Shown one piece after another: positions 52,501 through 64,000 of a stretch of 64,000 nucleotides of DNA (position 1 is its first letter; every line of letters starts with the position of its first letter). Origin of the DNA: Dimorphilus gyrociliatus (Eukaryota; Animalia; Annelida); the NCBI GenBank assembly GCA_904063045.1, contig CAJFCJ010000019.1, positions 858,570 to 922,569 of the forward strand, read 5' to 3'. Position numbers and translations under genes: made by a program. The notes beneath the pieces were generated by a model that saw only the letters and a program-made list of their open reading frames with translations, was not told where the DNA came from and did no database searches.

Positions 52501-55157
52501 TGCGAGTGCTTCGGGAGAAGTTGGAGCGTGCGATGAGGGAACTAGACGAGAAATTTGTTATGGAAGCGAAAAATGCCTTATAGATGCTCATTGTGATGAT
52601 GTTTTGGGTTATTGTAAATGTAATAGTGGATTCGAAGGGGACGGTTATCAACGGTGCGATCGTATTTCAAGTCGATGCTCGAGGGATGAAGATTGTGATC
52701 TGAATGCCCTTTGTCAATACGATGGGTACGAACGTAATTGCGTTTGTAAAGATGGCTACGAAGGAAATGGGCAAACTTGCTGGAAAAGTAAGTGCGATAG
52801 AGTAAAGGCGGTTAAATAAACAGGCTGTATAGGCGATTACAACTAATTAGAGCTCACTAATCATTTTCTTCCTTGTTTTTTGCCAGAGGGTTGTGAAAGG
52901 GATGATGAATGCGATCCAAGAGCTCGCTGCCTATCAAAAACTTGCGTCTGTACTGAAGGTTACATCATGTCCAATAATATTTGCGTACCTTCAGGATCGA
53001 GATGTGAGAGAGATGACGAATGCGATATCAATGCTCGATGTCAGTACGATAGCAGTTTAGGATATAATTCATGCGTCTGCTTCAGAGGTTTCGAAGGAGA
53101 TGGCAAAATTTGTAAGGAAAGAGATGCCTGTATAGGTGTTACATGCGGACCAAACGAAGAATGCGTAAGCAGCACAGACTACCTGATTGGATACCAGTGT
53201 GAATGCATTAGCGGTTACAGGAGTAAGATTTTTTTTCTTTACTTTTTCAGCCTTCATTATACATTCTTTTGTAAAGAAAACAAACGTTTTCTGTAAATAC
53301 CGGTCCAAATATTTTTAAAGGAAAAAAAACATTTGACTGAAAACAGGATCAGGATCAGAATCTGAGTGTAAGAAGGAATGCGGCGATGAAGTGTGCGACG
53401 CCAGGGCGACATGCGTTACTTCTGAAGATTTTAGAGGAATGAGGTGTAAGTGCAATGAGCCACTTTTTGGGAATGGTTTGATGTGTTTCGACAACGGTTT
53501 GTTTTCTTACTATTCTGACCCTATCCTCCCCTACCGTATGTCGATCTTTATCGAGCGAAACCAAATGCAGAGCCAGATTGCTTCAATTACGCTGGTTTAT
53601 GCGATTCAAGCGCCCGTTGCGATTATGAAACTGGAAGATGTAAATGTAGAGATGACGAATACGGGGATCCATACTACATGTGCAAGATAAAGCCCAATAC
53701 CTGCGAATACTATCCGGAAATCTGTCATCCAATGGCCGAGTGCAAAAATGAAATGTGCGAATGTATGCTAGGATATAGCGGAGATGGTGAGAGAACTTGC
53801 GAAGGTAAGCAGAATCTAATTATATCTTCTTTGTAATAATACTACGAACGTATAAATATACAGAGATTAAAGAACCAAAGGTTAAAAGTATACTTTTGGC
53901 ACGACACGATAGCATTTATAGAATACCCCTTCCGTCTAAAGAAAGTCCATTGTCACCCAAGTTTAACGTTACAGCGAATCTTTTACAGGCAAAAAAACGT
54001 GAGTATCCGCGGAACAATCCCATGAGCATGCAGCCCCAACCCAGCCAAGCTTTACCCGCCATCATGGAGTTCTTCAAAGCAGGCCAGATCATCGTCAGCG
54101 TCGATTACAACTGTGAAAATCACGAGATCTACTACGGGGATTCCGTAGGTCATAAAATTGTTCGATATAATAGTACAACAGGCAAAGAGGAGACAATCTT
54201 AGCCGGTAGAAGATTTAGAAGAAGAAGAAAGTTTAAGTCGAGGGCTTCCAATGAATACGTATCGAAGCCGCAGGGCATGGCTTACGATTGGACAACAAAG
54301 AATCTTTATTATACAGATAGAGACGCTTTACTCGTCGGCGTTGTAAACGTTGTAACGAAAAAGGTTAAAGTATTAGCTGAAAATAAAGTTAAGAAACCCC
54401 GCGGAATAGCTATAGATCCGGAAGAAGGGTTTGTAACAACAACAATCAGTTTGATGTAGACAAATAAATAAAGAGAATGTTAACAGGCTAATCTTCTGGA
54501 CGGACTGGGAGACCTCAAAACCGCGTATCGAAAGAATGAATATGGACGGATCCGATAGGAGGGTCATCTTTCAGGGTAGCAGGGGTGATGTTTTGAACGA
54601 CGTAGCTGTGAATAGAAGATGGAAAACTCTGTGTTGGTGCAATGCCCGAATGCCTGGAATCATTCAATGCTCCCAGTACGATGGCACAAAGCGGAAGATA
54701 ATCTTCCAGAATGCCGGAAAGCCGTTCGGTTTGTTAATAGTCAAACGGAACGCGATCTGGTCGGATCGGGAAGAGTCAGTTGTGTTTATACAAACTACGA
54801 GCTTTACAACATACGCTTAATTGTTTATACTCCAACAGAAAACAAGTAGAAAGCGTACCGCTAGACGGAATTATGCCTGAATCTCCTACTAAAATACGGA
54901 CGCCATTAACCGGGTCTAGAGTGCCTCTTGGAATTGCTGCTATTCCTGAAAATTGCCCGCCTGGTAAGCTTTAGAAATTCCTATTTATTAAATTTTTATC
55001 ATAGAGCAAACATAACCTTTACAAGTTTTACATTTATCCATAACTTTCATATCTAGTGAGCAACTGGTGCCAACGAGATCCTTGCTATTCGGAAAAGGAA
55101 ATCTGCCTCCAAACTAAAGTGGGTAGAAAATGCGTTTGTCCAGGAGAAGATTGTTAA
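49556..55157 (+). CDS. NID1: Nidogen/entactin: NIDO (G1), EGF, G2F, EGF array, YWTD beta-propeller (G3), terminal EGF
   Basis: Exon 1 (49556-49747) has a signal peptide and FRFFG; exon 2 starts at 50465 (FIGPFYSDI, NTFQLAL, GSGTINTQNLVKYSNIGEAGKFLF). G2F-like region (ISPLGFVFF, GFNGFELTGG), many EGF repeats (DTDECYTSDPCDPNAFCQNTPGSFTCTC) and LY repeats (PQGMAYDW, PRGIAIDP, LIFWTDW). Stop at 55155-55157. Confidence 0.93.
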
Positions 55158-55481
55158 GAAGAATTAAAGCCTAGCGCAATTAATTATTTTTATACATTTT
55201 ATCCAAAAAATCAAACCATAAAAAAAAAAAAGAAACGACGTATTTGTCTTGAAAACAATATGAAATTAAATTACAATCTTTAAAGAGCCAGAAAACAAAT
55301 ACGCTGTATAAACCAAAAACGAATTGAAAACTATGTACTCATTTTTTTCTGTTTTCAAAACTTTTCTTTTTTTTTTTTCTTTTAAAAACAAAAATACTGC
55401 CTCGTATCTGCAATTTTTATTTGAGCTTAGTTTTAAAATAAAAGCTGATGAAAAGGTGAAAAAGAATGGAAACAAAACAAA

Positions 55482-55513
<32 letters not shown>

Positions 55514-55684
55514 AATAATCTATTACCCTATTATTCAATCCAATCTTTCTCACCATTATTTGAAATATAGTTAGGGTACGATCAAGGGATTATTAGATTT
55601 TAAAAAAAAGAAAGAACCTATGCAATATTTTCAAGGAATGTCTTTTATGTACGGTTTTTCGTTTTTGTAAATTTTGTACAATAA

Positions 55685-55920
55685 AAATGTTTGCTAGGAT
55701 TACTATCATAGAACGCCTATGCTCATACCACACACGAAACAGTTAAGCTAACACTTAATCCGCCAGCAAAGTGTGTTCTGACAAACAGACACAAAACAGA
55801 CGCGAGCATCCTCGCTTAACCTCAATCAAAACTAATGTCAGCGCCGCGAGCAACAGACGTTCGGTGATAGTTCGCAGAAAAATAAACAACAATACGAGTC
55901 GTACGTGCGAGAAATCACAC
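55685..55920 (-). ncRNA. Candidate intergenic box H/ACA RNA (sno/scaRNA-like) with an extra 5' hairpin
   Basis: On the minus strand: hairpin (55839-55780), H box AGAACA (55779-55774), hairpin closed by TTGCTG..GGATTA/TAATCCTAGCAA (55769-55691), then ACA-TTT (55690-55685). GC-enriched island between two convergent 3' ends. Folding by eye only. Confidence 0.5.
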
Positions 55921-56041
55921 CCTTGTCAATGACAGGATGATTTTGGATTAATTACAAATTCTTTTTTACTTTCATTGAAACTAATGACCAAGGTAGAACT
56001 AGCTGTGCCATCTATATTTTGCTATTTATGAATATGTATAT

Positions 56042-56080
<39 letters not shown>

Positions 56081-56120
56081 ATAGAATATTAGTTAAAAAT
56101 TCAAACATATAGTTTATTTC

Positions 56121-57261
56121 TTATTTTCCAACCTTTCCAAGTTTCGTATCTGTTTTCGGATTAGCAGTTAGGCCTTGAATTTTAACTATTGCCTCATTTA
56201 TCTCCGTTTGCAAACTTCGTAATTCTTTTATATGTAACAGACGTAGAATTTTCGCCGTTTCAGCATTGATAATATCTAAATATTTATGTAAATAAATGAA
56301 AACAAGATAACTTTTTATCTCAAATAAAAAACTCACTATCAGTATCGAAACCTAATGTAACTTTTTCCAAAGGCAATGTTACCTTCTTCTGTAAGCAAAA
56401 AAAATCAACAATTAGCGTTGATTAAAATCTTAAATACTCAAAAAGAACTTACTGAGTCTTCATTACGCTTAATATTTTCCAAGGCAGACTTTGTGTAGTT
56501 TTCTTGTATTACCAAATTTATAGCCTGTACAATAAATGTTATATTATTATCTGCGAAAAAGTTAATGATAGCAATTATTTTTAATGAAATATTCACTTTT
56601 AAGAGGATTTTTGGATCAGTATGCGGAGAGATATGTAGTAGTACGGCCAACGATTGGACTCCATTTTTAAATTCTTCCCCTTCAACTATTTAAAAACAAT
56701 GAAAAAATTCAAGTAGCTTGTAAAATATACCTAGAACTTAAAACTTACAGTCCAAATTTTGTAAACTATTGTCGCTAGTGCTTCCACATTTGTACTTGTC
56801 AACTATTTTAAATAATAAACTTTAAATCAGAGGGCATAGTTCTTAATATACAAAAATTTACGATTATCTCCGTAACAACATCTTACAGCGTAACCTAATA
56901 GCCAATCGCACACTTCTTGACGCTTTTTTATGTCAACTATACAGTTTAAATCTTTCAAGTACTAAAAATTGACAAAAGATAATGTTAAACTAGTGAAATG
57001 CCGGTTTGATTTTTAAACCTCTTCAAGGCTTGTATTCCAATCCGGAGATTCTGTAGCCCTTAAATTTTTTCTCTCGTCTATTTTATAATGTCTTATTTTT
57101 ATGTCTTCAAGCCAAACGACTAGATTTCGGAAATTTGTATCATCTGAAAGATGTACAAAAAATGAACGATAATATAGAGTAGTCATTAAATGACAGTTAC
57201 CTTCTTCATTAAAACCCTCAATGGACGGATAACCGAGAGCAATTAACTTTCTCTTAAACAT
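56121..57261 (-). CDS. RTRAF: RNA transcription, translation and transport factor (C14orf166/CGI-99; tRNA ligase complex subunit)
   Basis: Multi-exon. N-terminus MFKRKLIALGYP..FRNLVVWLEDIKIRHYKIDER; C-terminus LRLLHIKELRSLQTEINEAIVKIQGLTANPKTDTKLGKVGK*, the family signature. Confidence 0.93.
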
Positions 57262-57514
57262 AATTAAATAATTGCATTAACAAACAATTTAGCTGTTTGT
57301 CGATCTCGAAATAAGTCAGTCTACGTGCTACCCGGTAAGCTAAACCAGAGTCACCGATTAACCGGTTAAAACCCTAACCTTGCGCAATACTTCCGGTTCC
57401 TGTTGTTTTCTGGTGGGAACGAAATGATGTTGGATCATTCCAAGCTCCTTTTTGAGCTATCAGGGTAACATTTCAGTAAAAAGTCCTTAAATCACAAAAA
57501 CGACGTTTATAAAA
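57262..57514. promoter_or_regulatory. Bidirectional promoter shared by RTRAF and ATM
   Basis: Only 253 nt between the divergent ATGs; GC-enriched; ETS-type ACTTCCGG at 57389-57396. Confidence 0.7.
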
Positions 57515-60500
57515 ATGGATTTTCCTCCGGAAGTTTCTATTATAATTGCAAAATTACAATCTAGAAAAGCGAAACAACGAAAGGAGGGTATCGAACAAAT
57601 TGTATCATGGTTAAAAAATATAGAATCGACCAGCTTGGACAATCACAAACTGTGGCATCACTTATTTCTTATTATAAAAAATGTAATTTTGGAAGAAATT
57701 GACAGTGTAGCTAAAAATGATATACCATGCAGTCAAGTTGCTAAACATAATCGAGATAAAAAGTTGGAAGATATGAAACTATTATTGAAGTTATTTCTTA
57801 AACAAAGTAATAAGCTAAATGTTACATTTAAAACAAAGGACCTCATGAACCATATTATAGAAGTTTTAAATTGCAAAGATCGGGTATCGTTAATGGGTAT
57901 GGCTTATTGTGATGTACTGAGAGAGTGTATTTTATGCGTATATGAAAACCAAATTAAAATTACGGCCGAAAATTATGATCTATTGCTGCAAAAGATATTA
58001 GAATGGGTTCACAAGCCTCCTTTTACTTCATTCGATAGAGGACAGCTCGCATGCCTAGCTTACAAATTAGCCTTCAACTCCTCCCGTAATTATGAACTCA
58101 AATGGTTAAACCTAATAAATATAGCGATGGAATATTTTTCCATTGACAATATTCAAGAAGAGCTTAGTGGAAATGTTTGCAGCTACATGCTGAGTACTTT
58201 GACCGTATTGTTATCGTGCTTGGCTACTTTTAACAGAGCTTTACTGTGCCGTGTTGGAGAAACTTTAATGCCATGCATGTTTATAATAGTCCGAAAGTTT
58301 AACCAGTGTAAGAATTCGGTTATAGAATTTATCCAACTTCAAGTTAATATTCATCATCCATTTGATTCTTATACCATTTTGGAAGGAGTCTATACATACG
58401 ACAAAAATTCATGGCTGAAACACTTAGCTTTGACATACGAGTTTTTAATGACCGAATGTACGGATGCTTTGAAAAAATCCAAATATAATAGTGGAAAGAA
58501 AGACCTAGTACAATACTTAGATTTACTTTCGTCTGTCTACACTCAGCTTATCTTTGATGGAAGCGATAATTGTGACATTGATACACAACCAAGCGGCAAG
58601 AAAATCAAACTGCAATTCACTTGGTCTACTCTTGTTGATGTTATCAAAAACAAGGGCAATAACAATGGTGAGATAATTTTGTGGTTCAATATCCTTAGTC
58701 GAATTCTTAAAAAAGTAAAAGACATACCCCAGGATGTAACTGATAGTTTATTTTATTCATTAAGAGATCTGGTTAATAATACGAAGGATGAAGTAATTAT
58801 TAGATATGTATATACATGTTTGAAAGAACTTTATTGTCACTGTTCACATCTTGATTGGTCTTCTATTGGAAATATTGCCTTGCAAACTTTTCTTGCTCAA
58901 AAAGCGCAAAAGGAAAGTGTTCTTTTACTAAATAGTCTAAAAGAGAAACATTTCAATATTTTTTATGAGAAAACAACAAAAGTCAACGGAAACAGTTTAT
59001 TATTTTTGGAGAACATGCTAGAAAATTTTCATCCCGAAAATCGATCATCTATTTTAGCATGGATCTTAGGAATTGAAATTCACTTGACCACTTCTCAATC
59101 CAGTAGCTACTTTCACCTTATTATTAGCGTAATTCTCCGATTGATTGTTTTTAATGGGGGAAATTTGTTATTTTCAAAATTTATTCCCGAACAGCGAATG
59201 GAAAGAACTTTAGATATACAAAAATTATACAAACTGTGTTTCTCAGGGCCGGATTTGAGTAATTTATTCTACTTGTGTTCAACTTCGAAACAAACGAAAG
59301 AAATAAATAAGGGAAGATTAACAATAGAATACAAAACTTTTTTGGACTGGTTAAATCGAATAAGAATGTTTATTAATAATACCTCCATTCTGTTTAGCAT
59401 CAATGTGTTCAAGTTAGCTTTTTATACTTATTTGCATCTTTATATGTGGGGAATCATCAGTCTCGAAGCTATCAGAGCTCAAGGAGTTTTGCAAATCATT
59501 CAGCATTGTTTCAGCAGTATTCTTGAAGAATTTATCAAAGAAGACAATTTAGTTGCTATCGAACATTTGACCCCTCTATCTGCTGAAGCACCTATAGAAA
59601 TGAAAGAATTTTTCTCCTTTGCGTTAGAAAGTCAATGCATTGATGAAACTTTGAGAAACACCTTGAAAAGTTTTCTAAGAAAAGGAATGGGATTAGATCA
59701 AAGAAATATTGAGAGTCTATTAGATGAAACAATTTTGGACGAGAATTCAAGGAGAACCTTGGAATACTTTAAACTATGTTGCAGTTTATCAGCATCTAAT
59801 GGTTTTTTCCTTCTTCGCCAATTTATCTTTGATTTTATACGAAAGTTACCTGTGACTATTGCCAATTATCATTTAATTTATGTCTTTATCGATTATTTTA
59901 GTAAAGCATATCAAAACTTGTCAGATACTGAAGTCGAAGATTTACAAACTGTTTTGAAAGGGACTTTTCGAGTTTTGAATAACTCTACTGAAGTTAATTG
60001 CGCCCTTATAAAATTAATGGAAACTTTACCTGAACAAGTCAAGTCTACTGAAGAGATGGATGTGTATTTCAAGTTGATTGAAGTTTGTTGGGGACTAGCA
60101 GCGGACAGAAGGCATAAATTGATAATGAGAGGTAACATTATTGATGTCCTTATTAAGTTTTATCAAGTGGGCTATAGAAGGAATGAAATAAGGAACTTAT
60201 TAATTAAGAAAATTGCTGAGGAAGACTTAAATAATAGTTTAAAAGTAATAAGAAAGATACCTCAATTACTTTTGGATTGCGATGATAGCTCATTTCTTAA
60301 ATTTCAATCGTTTGAAATACAGACAGAACTAGTCGACAAAAGCAAGGATTCCTATATCAATCAGTTTGAAAATCATCATTCGGATTATTACGCAGAAGAT
60401 ATATCTGAGAGGCACCAGAACTTATCCGTATCGTTTTTACTTTATCTGACCAGTATTCTCATTTCTAATTCAGCTTGTACAGCAGATGCGCTATTTCTTC

Positions 60501-63500
60501 TATGCAAGTGTATAACAGTTTATAAACTAGAAGTTGATAAAGTTCAAGTTTATCTAACCGAAGTGGCTTCATCTCTGCAATTAAAAAGCGTTAAGGACTT
60601 ATTTGAACTTCATATGCCAGTTATAATTTACAAATGGCTAAATGACGGTATCCCTATAGCTAAATTTCCACCCATTCTGAATATTTCTCAGCAACAATTT
60701 ATCAAAGAGTATAAGAAATACGGTCGACCATTCGAGTACATTCGAGAAGAGAATTGCCCTAGGGATGGTTCAGATAACGTTCTGTTAGATATTTTTGTTT
60801 ACACTTTACTTATGGACGATAGGCGAGCCATTAGGAGGATTGAAAATGCAGTTGAAAAGCGAAGAATTGTAGACATTATTACGAAAAATCCCGCTTTTAT
60901 TACCTTGACCTTTATATCATGTGTACATATTTATGATGAAAGTTTTCCTCATCGATCAGCTTCTCAAGTGAAGGGTGCCTTTAATCATTTAAATGAGTAT
61001 ATAGATTCAGCAGAAAGTTTTTTAGATTTACTAACAGAGAGTGATTTAGTTAGCATCTATCTAGACTTAAGTACTAGACTTTCAAAAAGTTATACTTCTA
61101 CTTTGAAACAAGGCACGATAAGCGCATATCGCCTTCTCTTCCAACTATTAACTGAGAGTGGTCTAATAAATCGTTCTTACTGGGAGTTCATTTTCCGTCA
61201 CAATTTATTGACTCTAGTTAGTGTTTTGAGATGGATTGATACTAATTGGTTTGGAAAGCGGAAATGCGAATCAGAGTTGTTTATTTTGGTGCTAAACTTT
61301 TTGGAAGAATTGATTCTCCACTCCCTTGAAAACGACTACAAAGGTATCGATAGATATATTAATCAAATTGTTAATGAATTGAAAGAGGTAATCAGTAAAG
61401 AAAATTTAGTTAATTCTGAAGTTCATAAAACTAGTCTCAAAGTTCTCGAAACGATCGTTTCTAATCTTCGCATGGAAGAACATAAGGTTAAACTAGATCC
61501 TTTTCCAAATAGACCCTATTATACAAAACTACGACAAATTATTAATGAGAGAAACAAGGGGGATTCAGGTCCAGTTATTTACGAGAAGTTTAAAAATTTC
61601 CTTGAGCTAAAGTCTGATAATCCCGATCAAATCGACACTTTATTGGAGTTTATTCATAACAAGCGAAAGGAAATTGTGGAACGATTCGTATTGGATAGTG
61701 GATTTCAAGAGTTGTTATCAAGGGTTTACGTTAAACTCTTAGATTTAGTTCGAACATCCGAAAATATGGATGCCGCTAAATGCCTGAGTATATTGGGTCC
61801 ATTAAATTTAGGTCCCTTTTTTAAATCGACAGATCAGAAAAATGAAAAGGCAAGCCAAGAAAACATTTACAAGGATTTATGGCTCATTTTACAGCAGTAT
61901 ATGCAAGACTATAACTTAAATATATCTATAATTGCAACTAAAACTTGTTCATTTATCTTCTCTCAGTTTGTAAGCTACAAAAACTTTATAGAGAGAATTT
62001 CTAACGAACATGACAGACGACTGATTTATTGTCTCAGAGAATATGGCTTAAAATGTTTATCCAACGACTTTCAAACGGAATTGGACGGGGTGAATACAGA
62101 AATTAGATTAACTGATACTTTCTCCGATTGGACCCTAAAGCTAACATTAAAAATTTCTCGGCAAGACAGATTTTTTTCATATTTTACAAAGTTGCTGATT
62201 GAATCGGAAACACTTAGACTAAAGATTCTTCCTTACCTACTTCATAATGTTTTTTCAAATTACAAGAAAAAAGAAAACTTAGCGGAGTGTAACGGCATCT
62301 TCCGCGACACTCTTCAAAGCACGGTGGACTACTTGAGTAAAGCGAAATGCGTGTTAAACATTTTTAGTTATGTTACTGCTCAAAGCTACTTAGAAAATGT
62401 TCAACAAGATTTTGAATATTTAAATATCGATTACAAGTTCCTAGCCAAAACTGCTTACAAATGTGGAATGTTTATGGATGCTATACGTTATTTAGAAATA
62501 TGGTACAATTTAAACAATTGTACTATTAATTGTAATGAAGAACAGGATTACTTTTGTAATAAGAACATATCACAGTCTTTAAATGACAAATCAACAGAAA
62601 ATCTACTGTTAAATTGCTTTTTAGCTCTAAAAGATGACTATGCAATTTACGCTTTCCGAAATACCTCTTCGCTAGAGGCAAGAGTTCATTCCTTTGAGAA
62701 GGAAGGAAACTTTCACAAAGCTTTAGTTTTATATAATTCCATGTCACCAAATGATACATATCGAATTGCAGAAACATTAAATAAAATGTGCCTTCCTGGA
62801 GTACTTGGTGACTATTTAAAACAAGCTAACATCGAGTCTGATGAGAAATTAAAATCTCTTCAAATGGAATCTGCCTGGAAGTGTGGACTTTGGGATAACA
62901 TACCAAACGAAAAGAGCGATAATTTCCATTGGAATTTGGCTCAGGCCCTAAAGAATGTTAAGGATAAAGTTTCCAAAACTGACTATTTGCATTCAGCATT
63001 AAAATTGACCGTTGATGAATTCAAACAAAATTCGCTTGAACATTGTTGTATTCCTTATGAATTTTTATCGCGATTGCATTGCTTATACCTCGTTGAACAA
63101 GGTGAGAATGCTATCGTATATCAAGATTCGCTGACCAAATCACCTTTCGAAGTTCTGGAATCAATTTATAGTGTTAGGAAAATTTTATCGAATGATTTGG
63201 AATCAGTTTTACAAATAGCCAAGCTATCTGAAAGATGCCGGAGATTTGATTTTGCAGAAATGCATCTGCAAAAAGCTCTTCAGGGAAAACTAGAAAATAC
63301 CGATGCTTTTCAGTTACGATTACGACAGGCTAAAATATGGTGGGCCAAAGGTGAAAGGGAAATGGCTTGCGATAAAATAGAAGGAATTCTCAATGATTTA
63401 AAAATTGAAAATCAGTCTCCATCTCTTCAATTTTTAAGGGCTAGAAGTCTGCTGGAGGCAGCAAAATGGCTTGTGGAAACTCGTACAGAAATGTCATCTG

Positions 63501-64000
63501 TGATTATAGATCAATATTTAAGAAAAGCAGCTTCTATAATGGAGTCATATGGTGATATTAAAGGAAAAAAGCAGGCCTATCAAACTTTAGCAGAATTTGC
63601 CGATGATCATTATGTTGAATTATACGAATACACTAGATCATCTGCATTTGAAATGAAAAAAATACTTTTACAGCAGGCAAATGAAAGCTTACAAACCCAT
63701 TTGGCTGATACCTCAAGTCGCTTTAAGCGCGTTCTTAATAAACAGAGAGAACTCGATACAAATGAAATAGAAAGACAAAATACAGAAAAGAGAAATACGC
63801 TATTGCTCGCTTTGAAAAACTATGCAGAATGTTTACGACTTAGACAAGATAAAGACTTGAAAATTTTTCGTTTTGTTTCCTTATGGTTTGACACGCTCGA
63901 ACATGATGATGTCACTAAGCAGGTTTGATGTTATTTCTCTTCAGTCGAAATCAGTTAAAAAAAGACTATATGAATGTGTGTTTATATTTTCATAGGTTGC
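57515..64000 (+). CDS. ATM: Serine/threonine kinase ATM (TAN, HEAT and FAT regions); 3' part including the PI3K-like kinase domain lies beyond the window
   Basis: TAN motif LQSRKAKQRKEGI; FAT-region matches (EAAKWLVETRTEMSSVIIDQYL, AYQTLAEFAD, ALKNYAECL, KIFRFVSLWFD). One exon 57515-63922, donor cag|gtttga, probable intron 63923-63995, next exon from 63996. The ORF-track stop at 63928 is intronic. Confidence 0.93.

Noticed and set aside
55685-55960. Telomerase RNA interpretation of the H/ACA candidate
   Set aside because: No CUAACCCU-type template, no recognisable pseudoknot and no P6.1 hairpin on the minus strand.
57368-57380. AAACCCTAACC as a telomerase template or interstitial telomere
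   Set aside because: Single copy inside a promoter, with no surrounding telomerase RNA structure.

Overview
AT-rich, gene-dense animal genomic DNA with mostly 50-100 nt GT-AG introns, so the ORF track shows only exon fragments. All exon joins below were made by hand. Gene order: WDR5 (+), RIN2/Sprint-like SH2-VPS9-RA protein (-), canonical calmodulin with two alternative last coding exons (+), a pre-miRNA resembling the annelid family mir-1997 (+), a divergent calmodulin-like paralog (+), an orphan type II membrane protein (+), MSK/RPS6KA5 (-), ubiquitin-RPS27A (-), an L-fuconolactonase-like amidohydrolase (+), an IgGFc-binding-domain membrane protein with an unusual beta-hairpin repeat array (-), a PPP1R14/CPI-17-like PP1 inhibitor (-), a small MGC-type lipidated orphan ORF (-), ALK/LTK (-), nidogen (+), a candidate stand-alone box H/ACA RNA (-), RTRAF (-), and ATM (+, head-to-head with RTRAF and running off the window). 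CTCF-like motifs recur near gene boundaries. The miRNA match, tiny introns and CTCF motifs suggest a compact-genome annelid, possibly Dimorphilus gyrociliatus (inference only). No CRISPR array, rRNA, tRNA or intact transposon was seen.
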